DNA from: Myxococcales bacterium
Lineage (GTDB): Bacteria; Myxococcota_A; UBA9042
Reading direction: 5' to 3'
NCBI GenBank assembly: GCA_037441385.1
Contig: JBBISH010000028.1
Coordinates: 1 to 57,329, forward strand
DNA length: 57,329 nucleotides
In this document: positions 1 to 9,332 of the stretch, one piece after another
How the letters are laid out: each line of letters begins with the position of its first letter
Numbering within the stretch: the first letter of the stretch is position 1
Program-made: the position numbers and the translations under genes
Notes under the pieces: generated by a model
Told to the model about the DNA's origin: nothing
Seen by the model: the letters and a program-made list of their open reading frames with translations, nothing else
The model's database searches: none

Positions 1-234
1 CAGCCTGCCGCGCCCGCGCCGCCCGCGCCAGAAGCGGGTCGCGCCACCGATGGCCGCGGACGGCCGCCGCCGCCCGAAGGGGATCGGCCGCAAGGCAACG
101 CCGGGCGCAACGAGGGTGACAACCGCGAGCCCCAGGAAAATGCCCAGGAAAAGCCCGAGGGTGAGGAGCGTCCGCCGCGCGACGATCGGGGGGGCGAGGC
201 TCCGCCCGAGGGTGGTGGCGAAAATCCGCAGTAG
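1..234 (+). CDS. 3' end of an upstream protein (Pro/Glu/Gly-rich disordered tail), partial
   Basis: Frame 1 is open from base 1 to TAG at 232-234 (QPAAPAPPAPE...GGGENPQ*). Confidence 0.55.
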   Translation, partial: QPAAPAPPAPEAGRATDGRGRPPPPEGDRPQGNAGRNEGDNREPQENAQEKPEGEERPPRDDRGGEAPPEGGGENPQ

Positions 235-300
235 TGGCAAGCTTGGCGACCGGCGGCGTCGGGCGCGCAGCGGCGTGCGGCCGGGTCGCAAGGGGGAGAA

Positions 301-972
301 ATGGTCGAAAAGCTGCCGTTTGCGGCGATCGAGTTTGCCGCCAATCCCGAACCGCGCTGTCCGTGCGTGCTGTTGCTCGACACTTCGGCGTCGATGGCAG
401 GGGCGCGCATCACGGAATTGCAGCGGGGGCTGGCGCAGTTTCGCGACGAATTGCAGGCCGATCCGCTGGCGCGCAAGCGCGTAGAGGTGGCGATCGTCAC
501 CTTTGGCGGATCGGTGCGGCTGGCCAACGACTTTACCGCCATCGAGCACTTTGACCCGCCGCGCCTAGTCGCCGACGGCCTGACGCCCATGGGCGGCGCG
601 GTGCAGACCGGCCTGGAACTTTTGCGCGGCCGCAAGCAGGTCTACCGCGACAACGGCCTGGCCTACTACCGGCCCTGGATGTTCCTGCTGACCGACGGCG
701 AGCCCAACGACGACTGGCGCGAGGGCGCAGCGGCGGTCAAGCAGGCCGAAGCCGCGCGACAGGTTGCGTTTTTTGCAGTGGGCGTGGGCGAGGCCAACTT
801 TGACGTCTTGGGCCAGCTGGCCACGCGCCAACCGCTGCAGCTGCGCGGGCTGATGTTCCGCGAGATGTTCCAGTGGCTGTCCAACTCACTGCGGTCGGTG
901 TCGCAGTCCGGGATCACGGACGAGGTGGCGCTGAGCAACCCGGCCAGCCCGGATGGCTGGGCCAAGGTTTGA
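301..972 (+). CDS. terY: TerY/YegL-like vWA domain protein
   Basis: NPEPRCPCVLLLDTSASM (MIDAS DxSxS), TPMG, YYRPWMFLLTDGEPND and C-terminal FQWLSNSLRSVSQS; GGAG upstream of the ATG. Confidence 0.92.
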   Translation: MVEKLPFAAIEFAANPEPRCPCVLLLDTSASMAGARITELQRGLAQFRDELQADPLARKRVEVAIVTFGGSVRLANDFTAIEHFDPPRLVADGLTPMGGAVQTGLELLRGRKQVYRDNGLAYYRPWMFLLTDGEPNDDWREGAAAVKQAEAARQVAFFAVGVGEANFDVLGQLATRQPLQLRGLMFREMFQWLSNSLRSVSQSGITDEVALSNPASPDGWAKV

Positions 973-1781
973 TGGTCCGGGCTGGGTCGCGTCCTTCTTT
1001 GGCCGCCGCCACTCCGGCGCGCGACGCATGGCGGGTGCTGTCTGGCGTGGCTGCGGCACCGCGCAAGCGCCCGGGGCCGGGCGACGACGCGGTTGGCCAT
1101 CGAACCCTTTCGACCGACACGGGGTTTTGGCTGCTGGCGGCGTGTGCCGATGGCGCCGGCTCGGCCGCCTTGGGTCGCTGCGGCGCCGAAGTCGCGGTGC
1201 GGCAGGCCCTGGCCTGGCTGGCGCGGCGGCTCAAGCGCAATCCCCGCAGCCAGCTGACCGCAGCGAGCCTGCAGCACGCGGTGGACCGGGCGCTGGCGGC
1301 CGAAGCGCGGCGCCGCAGCGTGGACGTTCGCGACCTGGCCACGACCCTGGTGGTGGCTGCGGCGGGGCCGGAGTCGACCTGGCTGGCGCAGGTGGGCGAC
1401 GGGGCCGCCGTCGTCCAGCACCCCGCAAGCCCGCGCTGGCACTTGCCGATTTGGCCGGACCGGGGGGAGCACGTCAACGAGACGCAGTTCGCCGGCCACC
1501 CCCGCTCGCAGTGGCGCGCCGTCGAGCTGCCGCGCGCACAGGCCCTGGCGCTGCTCAGCGACGGCCTGCTGCCGGTGGCCGTCGATCTGGCGACGCGCCA
1601 GGCATTTCAGCCCTTTTTCTCCGGGTTTGCGGGGGAGCTGGTGCAACGGGAGCCCAGTGAGCTGCAGCCGGCGTTGGAGTCGTTCTTGACGTCGCCGCGG
1701 CTGGCCGAGCGCACCGACGACGACGTGAGCTTGGTGGTCGCTGTGCGCTGCGAGCCAGCAGGTGCCGATGTATCTGCATGA
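972..1781 (+). CDS. PP2C-like Ser/Thr phosphatase (YegK/TerY-P type)
   Basis: ADGAGSA, VGDG, SDGL and DDDVSL metal-binding motifs; ATG at 972 overlaps the terY TGA (TGATG). Confidence 0.85.
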   Translation: MVRAGSRPSLAAATPARDAWRVLSGVAAAPRKRPGPGDDAVGHRTLSTDTGFWLLAACADGAGSAALGRCGAEVAVRQALAWLARRLKRNPRSQLTAASLQHAVDRALAAEARRRSVDVRDLATTLVVAAAGPESTWLAQVGDGAAVVQHPASPRWHLPIWPDRGEHVNETQFAGHPRSQWRAVELPRAQALALLSDGLLPVAVDLATRQAFQPFFSGFAGELVQREPSELQPALESFLTSPRLAERTDDDVSLVVAVRCEPAGADVSA

Positions 1782-3720
1782 CGGCCGGCAGCCGATCCAG
1801 ATCGCCGACGAGCTGGGTCGCGGCGGCGAGGGCGTGGTCTATGCGGTCCACGGCCAGCCAGACCGCGTGGCCAAGCTGTACAACGCCGCGCCAGACAGCG
1901 AGGCATCCGAAAAGCTGAGCTATCTGGTGGCACTGGGCGATCAAGCGCCCGAACTGGCCGACGTGAGTTCGTGGCCGCTGGCCCTGCTGCGCGATGGCGA
2001 TGGCGCGGTGCGCGGCTTCTTGATGCAGCGCCTGGACGGGCCGCAACCGCTTCACCACCTGTACAGCCCAGAGCAGCGCAAGGTGCTGTTCCCCAAGGCG
2101 ACGTGGCGCACGCTGGTGGAGGTGGCGGCCGACTGTGCGCGGCTGTTCAGTACCCTGCACACCCGCGGCGTGGTGGTGGGCGACGTCAACGAACGCAACG
2201 TGCTGGTCAATCCGGCCGGGCAGTTGGTGCTCGTCGACGCGGACTCGTTTCAGGTACAGCAGGGCGAGCGCGTGTTCGTGACCGGCGTGGGCGTGGTGGA
2301 CTACACACCGCCCGAGCTGCAAGGCACGGACTTCCGGACGGTGGTGCGCACGCCCGAGCACGATCGTTTTGGCTTGGCGGTCCTGCTGTTCAAGCTGCTG
2401 TTCATGGGGCGCCATCCGTTTTCGGGCGGCACAGACGGCGATTTGGCGGCGGCGATCGCGGCCAAACAGTACGACTACGGAGAGGTTGCGGACCGACTGA
2501 AGCACTTGATTCCGCTGACGTTGTTGCCCAAGTCGCTGCAAGACTTGTTCGCTGCAGCGCTGACCGGTGAGGCGCGGCCGACGCCTCAGCAGTGGCAGAC
2601 CCAACTGCGGGCCTTTGCCGCCAGCCTGCAGCCATGTCCCGACGACCCGCTGCACATGCTGCCCCCCGGCGTGGCGCGCTGCCCGTGGTGTGCGATCGAG
2701 TCGCTGCTGCACTATGCCTATTTCGCCAGGCCGGACGGCGGCGCCTACGCGTCGCTGTGGACGCCGCGCGAAGACCAACTGCAGGACCTGCGGTTGGCGC
2801 TGGCCGAGACCTGGGCTCCGCCGGATCCCACGGTGTTCCTGGTCCCGGCCGACCAGCCGGCCGCCGTGGCTGTGGCCCGTCGGGCGATGCTCATCCATGT
2901 GCCCGTCGACACGCGCAGCTGGTACCTGAGCGTCTTGGGCGGGTTGACGGTTTTGGCCGGCGTGGCGCGCATGGCGGCTGCCGGCGCTTTGGACCGGGTG
3001 GCAGAGGGGACCGTTTGCGGCGGTGTGCTGGTGTGGTCGTTGGGCCGCTGGCTGCGCTGGCGCTTCAAGCAGCCGTGGTTCCGCGACTTGGCAACGCTGC
3101 GGACGTTGCTGAACCAAGTGGAGCACGCGGGCGACGCCTGGCGCGTGGAGGCGTATCAATTCCGTAGTCGCGACAGGCAGTTGTTGCAGCGCTTCGGCCA
3201 GTTGGCGGCGCAGCACGAAGGCGTGGTGGCGTTCCGCACGGCTGAGCTCGAGCGGCTCACCCTAGACGCCGTGGACGAGAACATGCGCGCCGCCCTGGAG
3301 AAGATCCGTATCGAGGATGCCGAGTTGCCCCCAATGGTGGGCGAAGCGCGCCGGCAAGCGCTGCGCATCCGCGGGCTGCTGACGGCCGCCGACGTGGACG
3401 AGCGGCAACTGGTTGGATTGCCTGGTTTCACCCCGCAGGTGATCCAGGCGCTGATCGAGTGGCGGCAGGCGCTGGAGGTGCGGCTGGGCGGGCGCAAACG
3501 GCCGGCGCTGCGCCCCGAGCATCGCGCGGCGATCGACAACAACTGCCAGATCATGCAAGAGGAAATCGAGGCCCAGCTGGCCGAAGTCCTGAGGCAGCGC
3601 GCCTTGGCCAGCGAAGAAGCGCGCGACCAGCTAGAGGCGACCTACCGCCAGACCGAGCATGTGGTGGCGGTACTGAAGCTGCACGCCGAGCGTTTGCTGC
3701 TGCGGCTGCGCGAGGGGTAG
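1768..3720 (+). CDS. YegI-like Ser/Thr kinase with Cys cluster, TM segment and helical/HhH C-terminus
   Basis: GRGGEGVVY, VAKLY, GDVNERNVLV, DADSFQ, YTPPELQG, DRFGLAVLLF..LFMGRHPFSG and CPWC; hydrophobic hairpin after the kinase domain. Confidence 0.9.
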   Translation: MYLHDGRQPIQIADELGRGGEGVVYAVHGQPDRVAKLYNAAPDSEASEKLSYLVALGDQAPELADVSSWPLALLRDGDGAVRGFLMQRLDGPQPLHHLYSPEQRKVLFPKATWRTLVEVAADCARLFSTLHTRGVVVGDVNERNVLVNPAGQLVLVDADSFQVQQGERVFVTGVGVVDYTPPELQGTDFRTVVRTPEHDRFGLAVLLFKLLFMGRHPFSGGTDGDLAAAIAAKQYDYGEVADRLKHLIPLTLLPKSLQDLFAAALTGEARPTPQQWQTQLRAFAASLQPCPDDPLHMLPPGVARCPWCAIESLLHYAYFARPDGGAYASLWTPREDQLQDLRLALAETWAPPDPTVFLVPADQPAAVAVARRAMLIHVPVDTRSWYLSVLGGLTVLAGVARMAAAGALDRVAEGTVCGGVLVWSLGRWLRWRFKQPWFRDLATLRTLLNQVEHAGDAWRVEAYQFRSRDRQLLQRFGQLAAQHEGVVAFRTAELERLTLDAVDENMRAALEKIRIEDAELPPMVGEARRQALRIRGLLTAADVDERQLVGLPGFTPQVIQALIEWRQALEVRLGGRKRPALRPEHRAAIDNNCQIMQEEIEAQLAEVLRQRALASEEARDQLEATYRQTEHVVAVLKLHAERLLLRLREG

Positions 3721-3732
3721 CCCCAGGTAGCT

Positions 3733-5052
3733 CTACGCCACTCCACCGCCGCTGGGCAGCACGATGCGCGTCAGGTTGTCGGCGCTGCGGGCGCCGATGT
3801 GCAGATCGTCCTCGATGCGCACGCCGCCAAACGGGGCCAACGCCTCGACCAATCGCCAGTCCACCAGATGTCCGTGCAGTCCCTGACGCAACGGTTCGAG
3901 CAGGCCCGGGATGAAATACACGCCCGGCTCGATGGTGAACACCTGACCCGACTCAATGGTGCGGGTGTTGCGCAGCCAGGGGTTGTCGGCGCGCGGGGCG
4001 ATGCGGGCACAGCCCACGTCGTGGGTCTGCAGGCCCAGCGAGTGGCCCAAACCGTGCGGATAGAAAGCAAAGGTCACGTCTTTGGCCACTGCTTCTTCGG
4101 CGCCGCTGCGCACCACCCCCAGCTCGCGCAGCAGCTGACCGATGCGCAGGTGCGACTCGTCGTGCAGGTCTTGGTAGGGCCGGCCGACTACCGCGCCGTC
4201 GCACAGCTGCTGCTGGAGGCGCTCGACCCCGTTCACCAAAGCCAGGAACAGGTCTTTGCCAGCGCCATGCCCGCGCACCCAGGTGCGGGTGATGTCGGCG
4301 TGGTAGCCCATGCAAGTCGCGCCGGCGTCGAGCAAAAGCGAGGTGGCGTCGGGTTGATGGGCACTGCGGCCGTAGGCGACGTGATGGAGCACCGCGGCGT
4401 GTTCGCCCAGGGCCACGATGTTCTTGTACGGCGTCTCGGGGTCGTCTTGCGACGTGGCCAGCAGGTACCGCAGGTGCAGCTCCAACTCTATGCTGCCCCC
4501 CGCGGCAAAAGCCCGTCGCAGCTCGTCGTGGCCGGCAGCGGCGCGCGCATTCGCTTCGGCGATGCAAGCGACCTCGTAGGCGGTCTTGTGCACGCGCAAT
4601 TCGTCCAGGTCGCGCTCCAGCTCGGCGTGGCGCTGCAAGCGCTCGTCGGGCGGCGGGTCGCGCTGGTCGGCCACCCAGGCCAGCCTGCCGGCCGGCAGCA
4701 GCGGCGTCAGGTCGGCCAGGCCGCGAATCACTTGAATATCGAAGTGTTTCTCGAACAACCGGTGCTCGGGCGCTGGCGGACCCTCCCAGAAACTGCCCGG
4801 CTGGCACCAATACAGGCGCGGCCGCTGGCCCGGACTCAGTTGCAGCACGCAATCGGCCGCCTGCAAAGGCAGCCAGTGGCCAAAATGCGGCGTGATCCGC
4901 AGGCTCCAGCTTTGGTCGTCGTGGCTGCTGCGCGAGCGCGCCGTGCCGCTGTGGACCAGCACCGCGTCGCACGGGTGGCGCTGTAGCACGGCGGCGTAGT
5001 GACTCTGCAAGTGCTCGATATGGCTCTGATACAGCTGGTCCAATTGCGTCAT
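3733..5052 (-). CDS. pepQ: Xaa-Pro dipeptidase (prolidase, M24B)
   Basis: LLDAGA, ADITRT, PHGLGHSLGLQTHDVG, TIEPGVYFI and GGVRIEDD; start trimmed to MTQLDQLY. Confidence 0.92.
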   Translation of the reverse strand: MTQLDQLYQSHIEHLQSHYAAVLQRHPCDAVLVHSGTARSRSSHDDQSWSLRITPHFGHWLPLQAADCVLQLSPGQRPRLYWCQPGSFWEGPPAPEHRLFEKHFDIQVIRGLADLTPLLPAGRLAWVADQRDPPPDERLQRHAELERDLDELRVHKTAYEVACIAEANARAAAGHDELRRAFAAGGSIELELHLRYLLATSQDDPETPYKNIVALGEHAAVLHHVAYGRSAHQPDATSLLLDAGATCMGYHADITRTWVRGHGAGKDLFLALVNGVERLQQQLCDGAVVGRPYQDLHDESHLRIGQLLRELGVVRSGAEEAVAKDVTFAFYPHGLGHSLGLQTHDVGCARIAPRADNPWLRNTRTIESGQVFTIEPGVYFIPGLLEPLRQGLHGHLVDWRLVEALAPFGGVRIEDDLHIGARSADNLTRIVLPSGGGVA

Positions 5053-5157
5053 GGGCGGCTCGCGGGCCAGCGCGGCCCGTGCCCGGCAGTGTCGCACCGC
5101 ATCCCACTCTTGCCAACGGCCGCGGCGACGGCCCACACTCGCCGGCAGGAGGTGGCG

Positions 5158-5757
5158 ATGCAGCCCGAAATCCTGCCCGATCACCGCGCGCTGGTGGCCG
5201 ACGTCTTGGCGCGGAGCAACCGCGAGCTATGGAAAAACCTGTGCAACGGTGCGGATTTTGACCTTGCCGACTTGGCCGGCTGGCAGTACCAAGGACTGGC
5301 CTTGGGGCTGCCGCGCTGGGTTGAGCGGCTGAGCTGGAAGGTGTTCGTCAAGGCCTTTGCCCGCGACGCTGCCGGTGTCCACGGCTGGAACGTACGGATG
5401 CAGCAGGGCGGCCCGCAATTGTGCCTGCCGGGTGCGGAGATGCGGCCGCAACGCCGCGGCGCCGATCCGCGCACCTTTGGCCACTATCGGGTGGTGCCGA
5501 TGGCGCAATGGCCGCGCAAGCTGCCGTCTGGGCTGGCCAAAACCGGCGTCATGCTGGACTACGGCAGCGGCGCCAATCCGGCGCTGGATCCGATGCGGCC
5601 GATGCGCGACCCGCTGGTGGCGCTGCAATCTGGGGATCCTACGTGTCTTTTGGGCTGGTCCTACGTCGAGCTGGGGCCGCTGCGGGTGCCGACGCCGAGC
5701 TATTTCTTGTTGGTGCGCTGGCGTCCCGTCGATTTCGTCCCCCGGCATGTGGCTTGA
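5158..5757 (+). CDS. hypothetical protein
   Basis: GGAGG RBS before ATG 5158; globular composition; no recognised motif. Confidence 0.7.
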   Translation: MQPEILPDHRALVADVLARSNRELWKNLCNGADFDLADLAGWQYQGLALGLPRWVERLSWKVFVKAFARDAAGVHGWNVRMQQGGPQLCLPGAEMRPQRRGADPRTFGHYRVVPMAQWPRKLPSGLAKTGVMLDYGSGANPALDPMRPMRDPLVALQSGDPTCLLGWSYVELGPLRVPTPSYFLLVRWRPVDFVPRHVA

Positions 5758-5808
5758 CGGCGGCGCCGTGGTACGCTGGCGCGCGGGACCACGCAGTGAG
5801 GTAGATTG

Positions 5809-7077
5809 ATGCGCTTCAATCCGTTTACCCCCGAGGCGACGCGGCTGGTGCTGGTGCTGGTGGGCCTGCCGGCGCGCGGCAAGACGTTCATCGGGCGCAA
5901 GCTGGCCAGGTACTTGAACTGGCTGGGGTTTTCGGCGCGAGTCTTCAATATCGGCGACTACCGCCGCCAGCGTCTGGGCACCCACCACCGTCACGACTTC
6001 TTTGATCCCAGCAACCCAGAGGGCAACCGCCTGCGCAACGAGCTGGCCGGGCAAGCGTTGGATGACCTGATGAAGTGGATGCAGGCCGGCGGGCAGGTCG
6101 GCATCTACGACGCCACCAACACCAACCACCAGCGGCGGCGGCAAGTTCACGAGCGCTGCACGGAGGCGGGGCTCGACGTGGTGTTTGTAGAGTCGGTCTG
6201 CGAGGACCCGGCCATCGTCGAGGCCAACATCCGCGAGACCAAGCTGACCTCGCCGGACTACGAGGGCGCGGACCCAGACGAGGCCGTCCGCGACTTCCGC
6301 GCCCGCATCGACCACTACGCCCGCGCCTACGAGCCGATGAGCGAGGACGACTACTCGTACATCAAGCTCATCGACGTGGGGCGCGTCATCGTGATGCACG
6401 CCATCCATGGCTACGTGCCCGGCAAGCTCGTCAACTTCTTGATGAATCTGCACCTGGTGCGCCGGCCGATCTGGCTGACCCGCCACGGCGAGTCGCAGTT
6501 CAACGTGCACGAGCGCATCGGCGGCGACTCGCCCTTGACCACTCAAGGCAAGGCGTATTCGGCGGCGCTGGCGCACTTTGTCCGCGAGCACGCGATTCGG
6601 CCGCCCATCGTGTGGACCAGTACGCTGCGCCGCACCATCGAGACCGCCAAACCGCTGCAAGTGCCGTCGCTGACCTGGCGCGCCCTGGACGAGATCGACG
6701 CAGGCACCTGCGACGGGCTGACCTACGCCGAAATTGCCGAGAAATATCCAGAAGAATACAACGCCCGCCGCAAGGACAAACTGAACTACCGCTACCCGCG
6801 TGGCGAGAGCTATACCGACGTCATCCAGCGCCTGGAGCCGGTCATCCTGGAGCTGGAGCGCGAGCGCGAGCCCGTGCTGGTCATCGGCCACCAGGCGGTT
6901 TTGCGCATGTTGTACGCCTACTTCATGGATCGCCGCCCCGAAGACGTGGTGAACATGGAGATCCCCATCCATACGGTCATCGAGCTCACGCCCGGTCCCT
7001 ACGCGTTCGAGGAGCGCCGCTACTGCCTGGACATCGGCGCGGATCCGTCGACCTGGGGCGCTGCCATGAACGAGTAG
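5809..7077 (+). CDS. bifunctional 6-phosphofructo-2-kinase/fructose-2,6-bisphosphatase (PFKFB type)
   Basis: Kinase half: VGLPARGKT, YLNWLG, VFNIGDYRR, DATNT, FVESVC, SPDY, SYIKLIDVG. Histidine-phosphatase half: RHGES, DEIDAG, YRYPRGESY, HQAVLR. Confidence 0.95.
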   Translation: MRFNPFTPEATRLVLVLVGLPARGKTFIGRKLARYLNWLGFSARVFNIGDYRRQRLGTHHRHDFFDPSNPEGNRLRNELAGQALDDLMKWMQAGGQVGIYDATNTNHQRRRQVHERCTEAGLDVVFVESVCEDPAIVEANIRETKLTSPDYEGADPDEAVRDFRARIDHYARAYEPMSEDDYSYIKLIDVGRVIVMHAIHGYVPGKLVNFLMNLHLVRRPIWLTRHGESQFNVHERIGGDSPLTTQGKAYSAALAHFVREHAIRPPIVWTSTLRRTIETAKPLQVPSLTWRALDEIDAGTCDGLTYAEIAEKYPEEYNARRKDKLNYRYPRGESYTDVIQRLEPVILELEREREPVLVIGHQAVLRMLYAYFMDRRPEDVVNMEIPIHTVIELTPGPYAFEERRYCLDIGADPSTWGAAMNE

Positions 7078-7101
7078 CCGTGGCTTGGGCGGCCAGTTCG
7101 C

Positions 7102-7119
7102 GTGACGCGACGATGACGC
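7102..7119. promoter_or_regulatory. Pho-box-like 11-bp-period direct repeat upstream of pit
   Basis: GTGACGC-gacg-ATGACGC; the reverse complement GCGTCAT-N4-GCGTCAC resembles CTGTCAT-N4-CTGTCAC. Confidence 0.3.
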
Positions 7120-7282
7120 AGGCGCTCGCCTCTGGGCCGGTTGCGAGGCCATTGGACCTGAATTTCAAAGAAGATATCGGGAATTTCGCGAATTTGCCTG
7201 GGTTGGCCAAATACCCCATCTTCACCAAGACGGCTGCGCGGCCGCCGCTCCTGCCCTGCGCAAGATTCTCCCCCGGTGGTCC

Positions 7283-8272
7283 ATGCTTGTGTCGCTCGTT
7301 GTCCTTATTGCCGCGGCACTCGTCTTCGACTTCCTGAACGGTTTTCACGACGCATCGAACATCGTCGCCACCATGATTTCGTCGCGGGCGGTGTCGCCGC
7401 GCAAGGCCTTGGCCCTGGTCACCATTGGCGAGGTGAGCGGCCCCTTCCTGTTCGGCGTGGCGGTGGCGACCACCATCGGCTCCGGGGTGGTCGAGAAGGG
7501 CGCCGTGACGATGCCCGTGCTGATCGCCGCGTTGTGCGGCGCCATCGCCTGGAACGTGATCACCTGGTTCTTTGGCATTCCGTCCAGCTCGTCGCACGCG
7601 CTGGTGGGCGGCATCATCGGCGCGGTGGTGGTCGAGCACGGGTTCTCGGCGCTCATGTGGAGCGGCATCAGCAAGATCCTGCTGGCGCTCTTCATTTCGC
7701 CGCCCTTGGGCCTGCTCGGCGGCTTCATCATCCAGCGCGCCATCGTGATCAGCCTGAAGGCGACCCATGCGCGGCCGGGCGCCAACTGGATCTTCCGCAA
7801 CGGCCAGCTGTTCACCAGCGCGTGGCTGGCGCTCTCGCACGGCAGCAACGACGCTCAGAAGACCATGGGCATCATCACCATGGGCCTGCTCGCTACCGGG
7901 CAGATCCACGAGTTCGCCGTGCCCAAGTGGGTGATCGCCATGTCGGCCGCCGCCATCGGCCTGGGCACCGCCACCGGCGGCTGGCGGCTGATCAAGACCT
8001 TGGGCTACGGCTTCTACAAAGTGTGGCCCATTCATGCCTTTACCACGCAGCTGTCGTCGGCAGTCGTCATCTTGTCGGCGGCCTTGCTGGGCGGCCCGGT
8101 CAGCACGACGCAGGTGGTGTCCAGCGCGATCGTCGGCGTCGGCGCCTCGGAGCGGGTACAAAAGGTGCGCTGGACGGTGGCCGGGCAAATCGTGATCGCC
8201 TGGGTTCTGACGATTCCCTCGGCCAGCCTAGTGGCCGCCGGGGTGTACCTACTGGTGCGGAGGTTTTCATGA
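7283..8272 (+). CDS. pit: inorganic phosphate transporter, PiT family
   Basis: NGFHDASN and HGSNDAQK signatures, GIPSSSSHAL, PVSTTQ; multiple TM helices. Confidence 0.95.
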   Translation: MLVSLVVLIAAALVFDFLNGFHDASNIVATMISSRAVSPRKALALVTIGEVSGPFLFGVAVATTIGSGVVEKGAVTMPVLIAALCGAIAWNVITWFFGIPSSSSHALVGGIIGAVVVEHGFSALMWSGISKILLALFISPPLGLLGGFIIQRAIVISLKATHARPGANWIFRNGQLFTSAWLALSHGSNDAQKTMGIITMGLLATGQIHEFAVPKWVIAMSAAAIGLGTATGGWRLIKTLGYGFYKVWPIHAFTTQLSSAVVILSAALLGGPVSTTQVVSSAIVGVGASERVQKVRWTVAGQIVIAWVLTIPSASLVAAGVYLLVRRFS

Positions 8273-8901
8273 GCTGGCTGAGCAACCCGCTGAAGCCGAC
8301 CAAGGACCGCTTCATGGAGCGGCTGATCCGCCAAGCGCAGGCTTGCGAGGACGGCTTGGCCGGCTTGCTCGAGTACGTCAAGAACCCCGATCCGGCGGTG
8401 GCGAACCTGGTGCACCAGGCCGAGCAGCGCGGCGACGAGGAGCGGCGGCTGCTGATCGACGAACTGAACCACACGTTTGTGACCCCGATCGACCGCGAAG
8501 ATCTGTTCGCCCTGTCGCGGGCGGTGGACGACGTGCTGGACTATGCCCTGTCGACCGTAGAGGAAATGGCGCTGTTTGGCGTACAGTCCAACCCGTACCT
8601 GGTCGACATGGCCCAGGCGATGCACCAGGCTGGCCGCGAGCTGCACGCCTCGCTGGAGCTGCTGGTCGACCACCCGGCCGTCGCCAACGAGCACGCCATT
8701 GCTGCAAAACGGCTAGAGAATCAGGTCGAAGCGGTGTACCGCCAGGCGCTGGCGGCGCTGTTCAACCAAAAGGTCGAGAATTTTGAGCTGATGCTCGACA
8801 TCTTGAAGGCGCGCGAGGTCTACCGGCACTTGTCCAACGCCGCCGACCGCGCCGACACGGCTGGCAATATCATTACCGACATCATCATGAAGATCATGTA
8901 G
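8269..8901 (+). CDS. DUF47 (PhoU-like) phosphate transport regulator
   Basis: TFVTPIDREDL..L...DDVLD motif; ATGA overlap with pit. Confidence 0.92.
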   Translation: MSWLSNPLKPTKDRFMERLIRQAQACEDGLAGLLEYVKNPDPAVANLVHQAEQRGDEERRLLIDELNHTFVTPIDREDLFALSRAVDDVLDYALSTVEEMALFGVQSNPYLVDMAQAMHQAGRELHASLELLVDHPAVANEHAIAAKRLENQVEAVYRQALAALFNQKVENFELMLDILKAREVYRHLSNAADRADTAGNIITDIIMKIM

Positions 8902-9332
8902 TTTAGCTTTGCTCGCGAGGCGCCAGCGCCCACCTAAATCCGGGGCGCCGCTGCCTTGAAGCGAACTCAGCATCGAGGCGATGGCTGGACGCGTATCTGT
9001 AGGGCGACGCAGGGAACCGGTCTTGAATCCGCCAGCCTTGCGCGGGTTGCCTTACGGCACTCTGGGTGGCTGGCGCTAGCCTCGGTGGAACTGGTTGATC
9101 CCTGGAACGTCAAATACATCGGCGATATTGAAGGTGAAACATCATCGTTGGCTCGCGTTGACGCGCACGGGCCGGGCGCGTACCCTCGGTGTTGGCTCGC
9201 CTGAACCGTGATCCCGTCGGGCGGTCGAGCGGCAGACCATGGCCACCCCCCGCGTGCTCCGGTAGCCGCCGCAAGCTCCACTTGCGATTGCACGATTGCG
9301 CCACAAAGTTACCCAAGCGAGGCCACAACGCC

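Noticed and set aside
5809..7077. Eukaryotic contamination as the source of the PFKFB gene
   Set aside because: No introns, GC-rich codons like its neighbours, an RBS-like GAGG upstream and seamless bacterial flanks.
7160..7196. Three GAATTT repeats in the pit promoter
   Set aside because: Irregular spacing and short length; compatible with ordinary AT-rich promoter DNA.
8902..9332. Long intergenic region with short ORFs (8956-9204); possible ncRNA or pseudogene
   Set aside because: No recognisable RNA family, tRNA cloverleaf or protein motif, so it cannot be supported by eye.
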